A stretch of 63,948 bases of DNA, from IMG/VR virus record IMGVR_UViG_3300050343_000213, positions 1 to 63,948 of that record. One strand, 5' to 3'. The notes beneath the pieces were generated by a model. It did no database searches, was not told where the DNA came from, and was given only the letters and a program-made list of their open reading frames with translations. Source of the DNA: a virus. Its lineage: Duplodnaviria; Caudoviricetes. Every line of letters starts with the position of its first letter. Positions within the stretch are counted from its first letter, which is position 1. The position numbers were made by a program, and so were the translations under genes. Below are positions 26,852 through 36,204 of the stretch, piece after piece.

Positions 26852-29815
26852 ATGGCAAATACTAAAGTAACAGGTGATTTAATAGCGAGCTCAACGATAG
26901 CTACAGGCAACATAGCGGATAACGCAGTTACTAGCGATAAAATAAGTGGTATTACAACAGCTCATATTACTGAGGGTGCTAACTTGTATTATACAGATGC
27001 TAGAGCAGATGCTAGAGCGGCGTTATTAGTTGATTCAGCGCCTAGTACTTTAAATACATTAAACGAATTAGCTGCAGCATTGGGCGATGACCCAAATTTT
27101 GCTACAACAGTTACAAATAGTATTGCAACTAAAATGCCTATAGCCGGTGGAACTTTTACGGGAAATATAACAGGAGTTGGAGCATCGCTTATTGGCACAG
27201 CGGCATCAGGCACTGCATTAGTCACAATAGAAAACAATAGTGGTTCAACTGCTACATCTTATGGTTTGTTAGTTATAGGTGGTGGAAATAGTTCAAATGG
27301 TCGAACGTTTGAAGTTAGAGATGCTTCTGGAAATACTGATTTAATTGTAAAAGGAAACGGCAAAATAGGAATTGGAACGGCTTCGCCTGAAGAAAAATTA
27401 CATATTGTAAATGCTGCAAATGCAAGTGTAGATAATTTTATGCTTGAATTACAAAATACAACAACTGTAGCTGATTCAAGGTCAGGAATATTATTTTCCA
27501 CTAATAGTGGCACGGGGTCAAGTAGGGCAGGGTGCGCAATACAAGGTTCAAATAATGGAATTGATGGGACTGGTCATTTACTTTTTGGTAGTGTTAACAG
27601 TAATACTTTTTCAGAAAAAATGCGTATTACAAGTGCGGGGGATATACAATTTACTGGCAATAGTCATACACCATATATTCAACTTGTTAATAGTGGTAGA
27701 ACTGCAGGAAATCCTGGTTATACTTTTAATAACGATACAAATACAGGAATGTTTCAACCTGCTGGAGTTTATGACACTATCGCTTTTTCAACAGGTGGTT
27801 CAGAAAGAATCCGCATAGACAGTTCTGGATTAACTACAATAAAAAGAACTGGTATAACAGGAGTTGCTAAAGCTGATATGACTTTACAAATAGGTTATGA
27901 AGGTAATAATGGTCAAAATAACTTAATTGGTTTTGGATATAATGCACAAACTAATATTCCTGCATATATTGGATATACTACAACAAGTGGTAGTGGAAGT
28001 ACAAAAGGAGATTTAGTTTTTGGAACAAGAAGTGTAACTACAAATACTGCTCCATTAGAAAGAATCCGTATAGAAAACACAGGTGTAATGAAGTTCGCCA
28101 ACACTGCCACAAGCACTGGAGATGTTGGTACTATTGCTCACTACACAAATAATTATATGTACATTAGGGGCGGAACTGGAGGTTTAGCTATTGGAGATGA
28201 TGGTTTTGATACGAATATTTATCTTAATAATAATAGTAGCATACAATTACAAACAGCTGGCTCAGAAAGAATGCGTTGGCTTGCGGATGGTCAATTTTGG
28301 ATTAAACTATTATCAACAACGAGCGGTCGTGAAGCGTCTATGGCTAATGATAATGATAAATTACAAATATTTGGTTCTAGACACGGGGGCACAGGAAAAT
28401 ATGTTTCTATATGGTCAGATGGAGCAAATGAAAATACTAGGTTTTATCCTACTAAAACTGTTTTTTATAAAGACGTCGGGATCGGGGTGACTTCGCCTTC
28501 ATCAAAGCTGCAAATACAAGCAAATCAACACGCAACTAACCCTGGTGCTAAAAATTATACTGGATCTGCAATAAATGCTGATGGAGGAGATATAGCAACT
28601 GGAAAATTATTCTTGCAAGGTTATCAAAATACAGCAAATGACTTGTGTGGGTTTAATAATGAAGCAGACAGAGTTGTATTATATAATTACACAGATGCTA
28701 GATATTTGCAGGTTTGGAATCATGCTGGTGATACTTTTATACCTAATGGCAACGTCGGGATCGGAACGGCAGACCCAGATCATAAATTGGAAGTTGTTGG
28801 TAGTCTTGCATTAAGAAATAGTAATAGTCGCTTATATTTTGGTACTAACAATGGAACCGATAGAAGAGCTTTAGAAGGTAGCATTGACGGTGCATTATTG
28901 CAAGTTGGAGAAAGCTACAATAATACTAGAATTTATGGAGTAGCACAAGTTATGGGTGCAACTTTAGCTGTAGGTGATAGTACTGCATTTAACACATATC
29001 AAGGAATAAGTGCTTACGGATCAAACCCATCTTTAGCTCTAAGGGCCAGCGGCTCTAGTAGTTGGTGCTGGACAGAATATAGAACAAATGGTAACACTAA
29101 TAATTTTAGTATGGGTGTTAATCAATCTGTACCTTATTGGGGTGTAAAAAATGGGGCAGGGTTGGATAACCCAGTTTTAAAGGTTAAAAATGTAGGAGGA
29201 GTTACACAAACTGATAAGCATGAGAATGGCCTTTACTCTGATTCAAATCAACCACCTGCTGTTTATTTAGGTAAATCTGGAAATGTAATGGGCACTGGTG
29301 GTATATATAGACTTGGATCTGTTGTATCCTCCTCTACCACTAATGCAACTAATATTCCTGTTGTGACAACGTATTCATCAGGGCACTGGGGAGCGCAACC
29401 TACTTTTTTTCTAGAGTTTGTGGTAACCTATTACAGATCAAGTTACGTAAAATATTGGTGCCAGCATACTGTTAGTGGTACTACTATAGAACCAATGCAT
29501 GGCCCTTTTGGCGGACAAATGACTAGTAGCCCATTAACCGTAACTGTAACTCAATTATGTACTAATTGTAATGGTGGTCAACCTGTATATAAAGCTGTTT
29601 GGAAATGGACAAATTATGGAACGTATTTAAGAACTACACCAACTATATCAATACAGTATGGAGCAGGCTCTACTAGAATATATACAGACGGAACATCAAC
29701 AGAGTCTTTAATAGACACGCTGCATGGTGGTTCAGGCAGCCCAGGGGCGGGCATTTTACTGCATGGAATAAATGATGCACAAGCCGCGGGTGGAGACATA
29801 GTAACATATAATTAA
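26852..29815 (+). CDS. Modular tail fibre 5
   Basis: LVDSAPSTLNTLNELAAALGDD segment; GIG and ERMRI modules. Confidence 0.85.
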   Translation: MANTKVTGDLIASSTIATGNIADNAVTSDKISGITTAHITEGANLYYTDARADARAALLVDSAPSTLNTLNELAAALGDDPNFATTVTNSIATKMPIAGGTFTGNITGVGASLIGTAASGTALVTIENNSGSTATSYGLLVIGGGNSSNGRTFEVRDASGNTDLIVKGNGKIGIGTASPEEKLHIVNAANASVDNFMLELQNTTTVADSRSGILFSTNSGTGSSRAGCAIQGSNNGIDGTGHLLFGSVNSNTFSEKMRITSAGDIQFTGNSHTPYIQLVNSGRTAGNPGYTFNNDTNTGMFQPAGVYDTIAFSTGGSERIRIDSSGLTTIKRTGITGVAKADMTLQIGYEGNNGQNNLIGFGYNAQTNIPAYIGYTTTSGSGSTKGDLVFGTRSVTTNTAPLERIRIENTGVMKFANTATSTGDVGTIAHYTNNYMYIRGGTGGLAIGDDGFDTNIYLNNNSSIQLQTAGSERMRWLADGQFWIKLLSTTSGREASMANDNDKLQIFGSRHGGTGKYVSIWSDGANENTRFYPTKTVFYKDVGIGVTSPSSKLQIQANQHATNPGAKNYTGSAINADGGDIATGKLFLQGYQNTANDLCGFNNEADRVVLYNYTDARYLQVWNHAGDTFIPNGNVGIGTADPDHKLEVVGSLALRNSNSRLYFGTNNGTDRRALEGSIDGALLQVGESYNNTRIYGVAQVMGATLAVGDSTAFNTYQGISAYGSNPSLALRASGSSSWCWTEYRTNGNTNNFSMGVNQSVPYWGVKNGAGLDNPVLKVKNVGGVTQTDKHENGLYSDSNQPPAVYLGKSGNVMGTGGIYRLGSVVSSSTTNATNIPVVTTYSSGHWGAQPTFFLEFVVTYYRSSYVKYWCQHTVSGTTIEPMHGPFGGQMTSSPLTVTVTQLCTNCNGGQPVYKAVWKWTNYGTYLRTTPTISIQYGAGSTRIYTDGTSTESLIDTLHGGSGSPGAGILLHGINDAQAAGGDIVTYN

Positions 29816-29845
29816 AAATAAATAAATAAAAAAAACAAACAAACA

Positions 29846-30184
29846 ATGGCAAAAACTTACACATGGGATATTAATGCTTTAGACGTTAAGATTTCACACG
29901 ATGATAACGATAACGTTATCACTACAATCCACTGGGTGTTAAACGCTACAGAGGGGACAGACCCCGTGTACAATGCTAGCAGTATAGGTACGCAAAGCTT
30001 AGTATACAACGCGGATTCTTTTACGGCTTACAATAGCGTAACAAAAGAAAATGTTATAGCGTGGCTAGAGTCATCTTTAGATGTAGAGGCTTTAAAGGCT
30101 GGATTGGACGAAAACATAGAGTTGCAAAAAACTCCTGTTGATAATACTTTTCACAATCCATTTCCAGAAGAACAACCGGCATAA
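29846..30184 (+). CDS. Fibre-associated small protein (MAKTYTW type)
   Basis: Paralog of 13854..14201. Confidence 0.6.
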   Translation: MAKTYTWDINALDVKISHDDNDNVITTIHWVLNATEGTDPVYNASSIGTQSLVYNADSFTAYNSVTKENVIAWLESSLDVEALKAGLDENIELQKTPVDNTFHNPFPEEQPA

Positions 30185-30259
30185 TTAGAAATTAAGTAAA
30201 ACAAGTGATAATAAATTATAACCCAAACAATTAAATTAAATTTTAAAAAATTAAAGATT

Positions 30260-30517
30260 ATGGAAAACCAAGTAAACAAAATTACACCTGAACAATTAGA
30301 AGAATTACAGGGATTTGTAGGCAAGCTTAACAATGCTGCTTCACAAATAGGTAACTTAGAATTAAAGAAACACCAGCTTAACCACGCTGCAGCAGAAGTT
30401 CAACAAGATTTGAATAAGTTGCAGGCTAAGCTAGAAGAGAAGTACGGTAAAATACAAATTAATATTGAAGACGGATCGTACGAGCCAATCAAAGAAGAAG
30501 ATGAGTCTAGTTCGTAA
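30260..30517 (+). CDS. Coiled-coil hypothetical protein
   Basis: Heptad-rich; ends LEEKYGKIQINIEDGSY. Confidence 0.65.
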   Translation: MENQVNKITPEQLEELQGFVGKLNNAASQIGNLELKKHQLNHAAAEVQQDLNKLQAKLEEKYGKIQINIEDGSYEPIKEEDESSS

Positions 30518-30719
30518 AATAAGTATAGGTAGAGACTATAAGAACGACGCTATGCATTATGCGGTAGGCCAAGAAGTATATGGTGGCCACACAATATGCG
30601 ACATAGTAGAAGGTGACGATAAGTTTTCTATTTATATTAAAAAAAAGAACGAAGTATTACCGTGGAAAGATTTTAATAAAAACATGGCAATAGCCGTGGA
30701 ATACAATTTAGAATATTAA
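30501..30719 (+). CDS. Hypothetical phage protein
   Basis: MSLVRKISIGRDYKNDAMHYAVGQ; ATG at 30501 preferred. Confidence 0.65.
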   Translation: MSLVRKISIGRDYKNDAMHYAVGQEVYGGHTICDIVEGDDKFSIYIKKKNEVLPWKDFNKNMAIAVEYNLEY

Positions 30720-31312
30720 TGCAAAGTTTATTTGATTTTATTATAAAACCAAAAAACGAAAGATACGATAATAAAAAATATATAGATGGTCAAGAGCTTT
30801 TAGTTAATACTGAAATCTCTGATCATCGATATGTTAGTCGTACTGGAATTGTTTTAAACGTACCTAAGTCTGAAGATAACGAAATACAAATTGGTGATGA
30901 AGTTATATTACATCACAATGTATTCAGAAGATGGTACAATCAATACGGCGTGGAAAAAAATTCACGTGGCTATTATAAAGATGATCTTTATTTTGTTAAA
31001 GCAGATCAAATATACTTATACAAAAGAGATAACAAATGGAACGCCCCTAAAGGCTTCTGTTTTGTTAAGCCAATCAAATCTACTGATATATTAAATAACG
31101 AGAAAGAACAAGCCCTAAGGGGCATTATAAAGCACGTTGATAACGACATTAGCGGTTTAATAGAAAAAGAAGATTTAGTTGGGTTTACACCTAGTAGCGA
31201 ATACGAATTTATTGTAGAAGGCGAAAGAATGTATAGAGTATTAACCAATTCAATATCTATTAAATATGAACGTCAAGGAAACGAAAAAGAATATAATCCA
31301 AGCTGGACATGA
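30719..31312 (+). CDS. GroES-like protein (probably two tandem domains)
   Basis: FIIKP...GIVLNVP...IQIGDEVIL, then FCFVKP...GIIKH...IEKEDLVGF...FIVEGERMY. Confidence 0.5.
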   Translation: MQSLFDFIIKPKNERYDNKKYIDGQELLVNTEISDHRYVSRTGIVLNVPKSEDNEIQIGDEVILHHNVFRRWYNQYGVEKNSRGYYKDDLYFVKADQIYLYKRDNKWNAPKGFCFVKPIKSTDILNNEKEQALRGIIKHVDNDISGLIEKEDLVGFTPSSEYEFIVEGERMYRVLTNSISIKYERQGNEKEYNPSWT

Positions 31313-31541
31313 AGCAGTCAAAGAACTTATTAAAGTTGCTAAAGAACCTATTGTTGAAACTGATGATGACATCTCAGCCGATAGACTCAAGAACGCTGCA
31401 GCCACTAAAAAGCTCGCAATATTCGATGCATTTGAGATCTTAGGTAGAATCGAAGAGGAAAATGATATACTTAATAACAAACCTAAAAAAGAAGCTGAAG
31501 CAGAAGTATTCAGTGGGTTTGCAGAAAGGAGGTCTAAATAA
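31266..31541 (+). CDS. Putative terminase small subunit
   Basis: Helical 91-aa ORF immediately upstream of and coupled to TerL; positional call. Confidence 0.45.
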   Translation: MNVKETKKNIIQAGHEAVKELIKVAKEPIVETDDDISADRLKNAAATKKLAIFDAFEILGRIEEENDILNNKPKKEAEAEVFSGFAERRSK

Positions 31542-33748
31542 TGTACAAGCAGAGTTTATATAAGGTTATAGAGCCTATTAAAATAACTACTATTAAAAGA
31601 TTAAACAAATCTAAAAAGTGGAAGTACGGATACAACGAAGAACATGACGTTGTTGTTATATCTAAGACAGGTCAGATAGGGGAAGTGTATAGCATACAGA
31701 ATTTAAAAATAGCATTGCCAAAAGAAACAAACGTTGATAATCAGAATGACGTATGGACTCCACACGAGTATCCTAAAGAACTTAAAGCAATCAAGAGTAT
31801 ATTTGATTGGAAAGATTATCCGAATGAATTTAAACAGAAGTGGCATGGATACATTGATAAAGAATTTACTAAGCGAGATGAAGGGCATTGGTTCAAGAGT
31901 AAAGGGGTTTCTACTTATATTACTGGCACTCACTATATGTACTTGCAGTGGACCAAGATTGATGTTGGGCAACCAGATTTTAGGGAAGCAAACAGATTAT
32001 TCTTTATTCACTGGGAAGCTTGCAAAGCAGATAAAAGATGCTACGGAATGTGCTATCTTAAAAACAGACGTTCAGGATTTTCATTTATGGCATCCGGAGA
32101 GACCGTTAACTTGGCTACAGCATCATCTGATTCAAGATACGGTATATTATCAAAGTCAGGTGCAGATGCAAAAAAAATGTTTACAGATAAAGTTGTACCA
32201 ATATCAATTAACTACCCGTTCTTTTTCAGACCCATACAAGATGGTATGGACAGACCGAAAACAGAACTTGCATACAGAGTACCAGCTTCAAAGTTTACTC
32301 GTAAAAGATTTGAGTCTAAAGACAAAACTCAAGAGATAGCTGGATTAGATACAACTATTGACTGGAAAAATACAGGAGACAACAGTTATGATGGTGAAAA
32401 ACTTGCACTACTAGTACATGATGAAGCAGGCAAATGGGAACGTCCAGAAAACATTCTTAACAACTGGCGTGTTACAAAAACCACGCTTAGATTAGGTTCA
32501 AGAATAATTGGTAAGTGTATGATGGGCTCAACATCAAACGCTTTAGATAAAGGAGGGGAGAATTTTAAAAAACTATATAATAATTCAGATGTTACGAAAC
32601 GGAATAAAAATGGACAGACTCGTTCGGGATTATATTCTTTGTTCATACCTATGGAATGGAATTTCGAAGGATTCATCGATTCTTATGGAATACCTGTCTT
32701 TAACACACCGAAAGAGCCTATTGCCAACAACCAGGGAGATAATATCGACGTCGGGGTTATTGAACATTGGGAGAATGAAGTAGATGGTTTAAAGGGAGAT
32801 CAAGATGGTTTAAATGAATTTTATAGACAGTTTCCCCGTACAGAGGAACATGCATTCAGAGACGAGGCTAAGAACAGTATATTTAACTTAGCTAAGATAT
32901 ACGAACAAATTGATTTTAATGATGATATAACAACAGAAGCTAATGTTACAACAGGAAGCTTCTCTTGGCAAAATGGTATTAAAGATACTAAAGTACAATT
33001 CACACCTAATCCAAATGGAAGATTTAAAGTAAGTTGGGTACCGAGTATTACATTACAAAATAACATCATTAATAAAAATGGTATTAAATATCCAGGCAAT
33101 GAACATATGGGTGCATTTGGTTGTGACAGTTATGATATATCAGGGACAACAGATGGTAAAGGATCTAAAGGTGCATTGCACGGATTAACAAAGTTTAGTA
33201 TGGAGGATGCTCCTCCTAATAGATTTTTTTTAGAATATGTAGCTAGACCGCAAACAGCAGAGATGTTTTTTGAAGATGTTTTAATGTCATTAGTATTTTA
33301 CGGAATGCCAATACTTGCTGAAAACAATAAACCTAGGTTACTATATTATTTAAGAAGAAGAGGATACAGGGGATATTCTATGAATAGGCCCGATAGATTG
33401 TGGAATAAATTATCGGTTACTGAAAAAGAAATTGGTGGTATACCGAATTCAAGTGAAGACATTAGACAAGCACACGCGGCAGCTATTGAAACTTATATAA
33501 ATACTCATGTAGGTGTATTGTCAGATGGCAACTATGGTGATCTGTATTTTAATAATACATTAAATGATTGGGCTAAGTTTGATATAAATAAAAGAACGAA
33601 GTTTGATGCAGCTATTAGTTCAGGATTAGCTGTTATGGCATGTAATAAAAATAAGTACAGACCGAGTGCAGAAATACAAAAACAAAAAGTTAACATTAAC
33701 TTTTCAAGATACGAAAACAAAGGAATTACATCAAAAATAATTAATTAA
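31541..33748 (+). CDS. terL: Terminase large subunit
   Basis: Walker A-like KNRRSGFS, Walker B LLVHDEAGKW, nuclease FGCDSYD and FDAAISSG. Confidence 0.88.
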   Translation: MYKQSLYKVIEPIKITTIKRLNKSKKWKYGYNEEHDVVVISKTGQIGEVYSIQNLKIALPKETNVDNQNDVWTPHEYPKELKAIKSIFDWKDYPNEFKQKWHGYIDKEFTKRDEGHWFKSKGVSTYITGTHYMYLQWTKIDVGQPDFREANRLFFIHWEACKADKRCYGMCYLKNRRSGFSFMASGETVNLATASSDSRYGILSKSGADAKKMFTDKVVPISINYPFFFRPIQDGMDRPKTELAYRVPASKFTRKRFESKDKTQEIAGLDTTIDWKNTGDNSYDGEKLALLVHDEAGKWERPENILNNWRVTKTTLRLGSRIIGKCMMGSTSNALDKGGENFKKLYNNSDVTKRNKNGQTRSGLYSLFIPMEWNFEGFIDSYGIPVFNTPKEPIANNQGDNIDVGVIEHWENEVDGLKGDQDGLNEFYRQFPRTEEHAFRDEAKNSIFNLAKIYEQIDFNDDITTEANVTTGSFSWQNGIKDTKVQFTPNPNGRFKVSWVPSITLQNNIINKNGIKYPGNEHMGAFGCDSYDISGTTDGKGSKGALHGLTKFSMEDAPPNRFFLEYVARPQTAEMFFEDVLMSLVFYGMPILAENNKPRLLYYLRRRGYRGYSMNRPDRLWNKLSVTEKEIGGIPNSSEDIRQAHAAAIETYINTHVGVLSDGNYGDLYFNNTLNDWAKFDINKRTKFDAAISSGLAVMACNKNKYRPSAEIQKQKVNINFSRYENKGITSKIIN

Positions 33749-33749
33749 T

Positions 33750-36173
33750 ATGGCTGAGTCAGTTATAAAAAGTTACTTCCCAAGCCAAACGGCTAGCGAC
33801 GATGAAAAATTAGGATTGGATTACGGTCTTAATGTTGCTAGAGCTATTCAAAATGAGTGGTTTAAAAAAGATAGAGGATCAAACAGATTCTTCGTTAATC
33901 AAAACAATTACCACAAATTAAGATTATATGCTAGAGGGGAGCAAAGTATACAAAAATATAAAGATGAATTATCTATTAACGGTGATTTATCTTATTTAAA
34001 TTTAGATTGGAAGCCAGTACCAATAATTCCAAAGTTTGTTGATATTGTAGTAAACGGTATCGCAGAAAGAACTTACGATATAAAAGCACATTCTCAAGAT
34101 CAAAATGGTGTTAACAAGAGAACACAATATATGGAGGGTATTCTTGCTGACATGAGAACTAAAGAATTTGGTAATTATGTTCAAGAACAATTTGGCCTTA
34201 ATGTATTTAATAACGATCCTGCTACGTTACCAGATAATGAAGATGAGTTGCAGCTACACATGCAACTTAATTACAAGCAAGCAGTTGAAATAGCAGAAGA
34301 GCAAGCGATACAAACTATACTTAATCAAAATCAATACGAATTAATAAAGAAAAGATTTTTTTATGATTTAACCGTTTTAGGTATTGGTTGTGTTAAAACA
34401 TTGTTTACGCCGTCAGAAGGTATTGTAGTTGATTACGTTGACCCTGCTAATATAGTTTATTCTTATACTGAATCACCTTATTTCGATGACATATATTACG
34501 TTGGTGAAGTTAAGACTATAACTATAAGTGAATTAAAGAAACAATTTCCTAATTTAACTAATGAGGAATTAAAAGCAATAACAGAGCAGGGTAATCAAGA
34601 TTATAGTATTTATAATAAATATAACAGCCAACAACAAAATCAAGATAATAATTCAGTACAAGTTATGTATTTTAATTACAAAACTTACATGAACGAAGTT
34701 TATAAAGTTAAAGAAGTATCTACTGGGGCTGAAAAAATTATTAAAAAAACAGATGCTTTTAATCCACCCGCAGACAGTAACCTAAGGTTTGAAAGAATAG
34801 CTAAGAACATAGAAGTATTATACGAAGGTGTTTTTATACCCGGATCTAATAAATTATTAAAATGGGAACTTGCGGACAATATGCTCCGTGAAAAAAGCGA
34901 TGTTAATAAAGTTAAACTTAACTATTCTATTGTAGCACCTAGAATGTATAATGGTAAAATTGAATCTTTAGTTAGTAGAGTTACAGGCTTTGCTGATATG
35001 ATACAATTAACACATTTAAAAATACAACAAGTATTATCAAGAATGGTTCCTGATGGTGTTTATTTAGATGCCGATGGTTTAGCTGAAATTGATTTAGGTA
35101 ACGGTACAAATTATAATCCTCAAGAAGCATTAAATATGTTTTTTCAAACAGGATCTGTAATTGGTAGATCATTTACGTCTGAAGGAGACATGAATCCTGG
35201 TAAAATACCTATTCAGGAAATAAGTAATAATGGAGGTGCTAATAAATTAGCTCAATTAATCAGTACATATAATTATTATATGCAAATGGTTAGAGACGCT
35301 ACTGGATTAAATGAAGCAAGAGATGGAAGCACACCTGATAAAAATGCTTTAGTTGGTGTTCAAAAGCTTGCGGCTGCAAATTCAAATACAGCAACAAGAC
35401 ACATATTACAGAGTGGTTTATTTTTAACAGCTGAACTTGCTGAAAAAATATCATTAAGAATATCAGATGTTATAGAATATTCACCAACAAGAAACGCATT
35501 TATACAAAGTATAGGTGCACATAATGTGGCTACGTTAGAGGAAATGTCAGAATTACATTTATATGATTTTGGTATATACTTAGAATTAGCACCTGATGAA
35601 GAAGAAAAACAATTACTTGAAAACAATATACAAGTTGCTATTGCCCAAAACAATATAGAACTTGAAGATGCTATTGATATTAGAGAAATTAAAAATACTA
35701 AATTAGCAAATCAAGTACTTAAGTTAAGAAGAAAGAAAAAGCTTGAAAGAGATCAAAAGGCTCAACAACAAAACATACAAGCACAGTCTCAAGCTAATGC
35801 CCAAGCGCAACAAGTTGCAGCTCAAGCAGAGGTACAAAAACAACAAGCTTTAACACAAACTCAAATACAATTAGCACAAGCTAAATCACAATTTGAAATG
35901 CAAAGAATGCAAGGAGAAGTTGAAATGAAAAAACAACTTATGCAATTAGAATTTCAAATGAATATGCAATTACAGCAAATGACCATGCAAGCTAAGGATG
36001 CGGAAATGAATGCAAAAGAAGACAGAAAAGACGATCGAACAAAAATACAAGCTAGTCAACAAAGCGAGCTCATAGAGCAGCGAAACAGTAAAACACCTCC
36101 TAAAAAATTCGAATCCAGTGGAAACGATATATTAAGCGGTGATTTTGGCTTAGGTGCGTTTGAACCTAAGTAA
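33750..36173 (+). CDS. Portal protein
   Basis: Follows TerL; PIIPKFVDIVVNG, ATGLNEARDG, Q-rich C-terminal coiled coil. Confidence 0.82.
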   Translation: MAESVIKSYFPSQTASDDEKLGLDYGLNVARAIQNEWFKKDRGSNRFFVNQNNYHKLRLYARGEQSIQKYKDELSINGDLSYLNLDWKPVPIIPKFVDIVVNGIAERTYDIKAHSQDQNGVNKRTQYMEGILADMRTKEFGNYVQEQFGLNVFNNDPATLPDNEDELQLHMQLNYKQAVEIAEEQAIQTILNQNQYELIKKRFFYDLTVLGIGCVKTLFTPSEGIVVDYVDPANIVYSYTESPYFDDIYYVGEVKTITISELKKQFPNLTNEELKAITEQGNQDYSIYNKYNSQQQNQDNNSVQVMYFNYKTYMNEVYKVKEVSTGAEKIIKKTDAFNPPADSNLRFERIAKNIEVLYEGVFIPGSNKLLKWELADNMLREKSDVNKVKLNYSIVAPRMYNGKIESLVSRVTGFADMIQLTHLKIQQVLSRMVPDGVYLDADGLAEIDLGNGTNYNPQEALNMFFQTGSVIGRSFTSEGDMNPGKIPIQEISNNGGANKLAQLISTYNYYMQMVRDATGLNEARDGSTPDKNALVGVQKLAAANSNTATRHILQSGLFLTAELAEKISLRISDVIEYSPTRNAFIQSIGAHNVATLEEMSELHLYDFGIYLELAPDEEEKQLLENNIQVAIAQNNIELEDAIDIREIKNTKLANQVLKLRRKKKLERDQKAQQQNIQAQSQANAQAQQVAAQAEVQKQQALTQTQIQLAQAKSQFEMQRMQGEVEMKKQLMQLEFQMNMQLQQMTMQAKDAEMNAKEDRKDDRTKIQASQQSELIEQRNSKTPPKKFESSGNDILSGDFGLGAFEPK

Positions 36174-36204
36174 TATATAATGTATAATCATATAATATTT
36201 TATC

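Noticed and set aside
20916-29815. Diversity-generating retroelement acting on the fibres
   Set aside because: No reverse transcriptase and no template/variable repeat pair differing only at adenines was seen.
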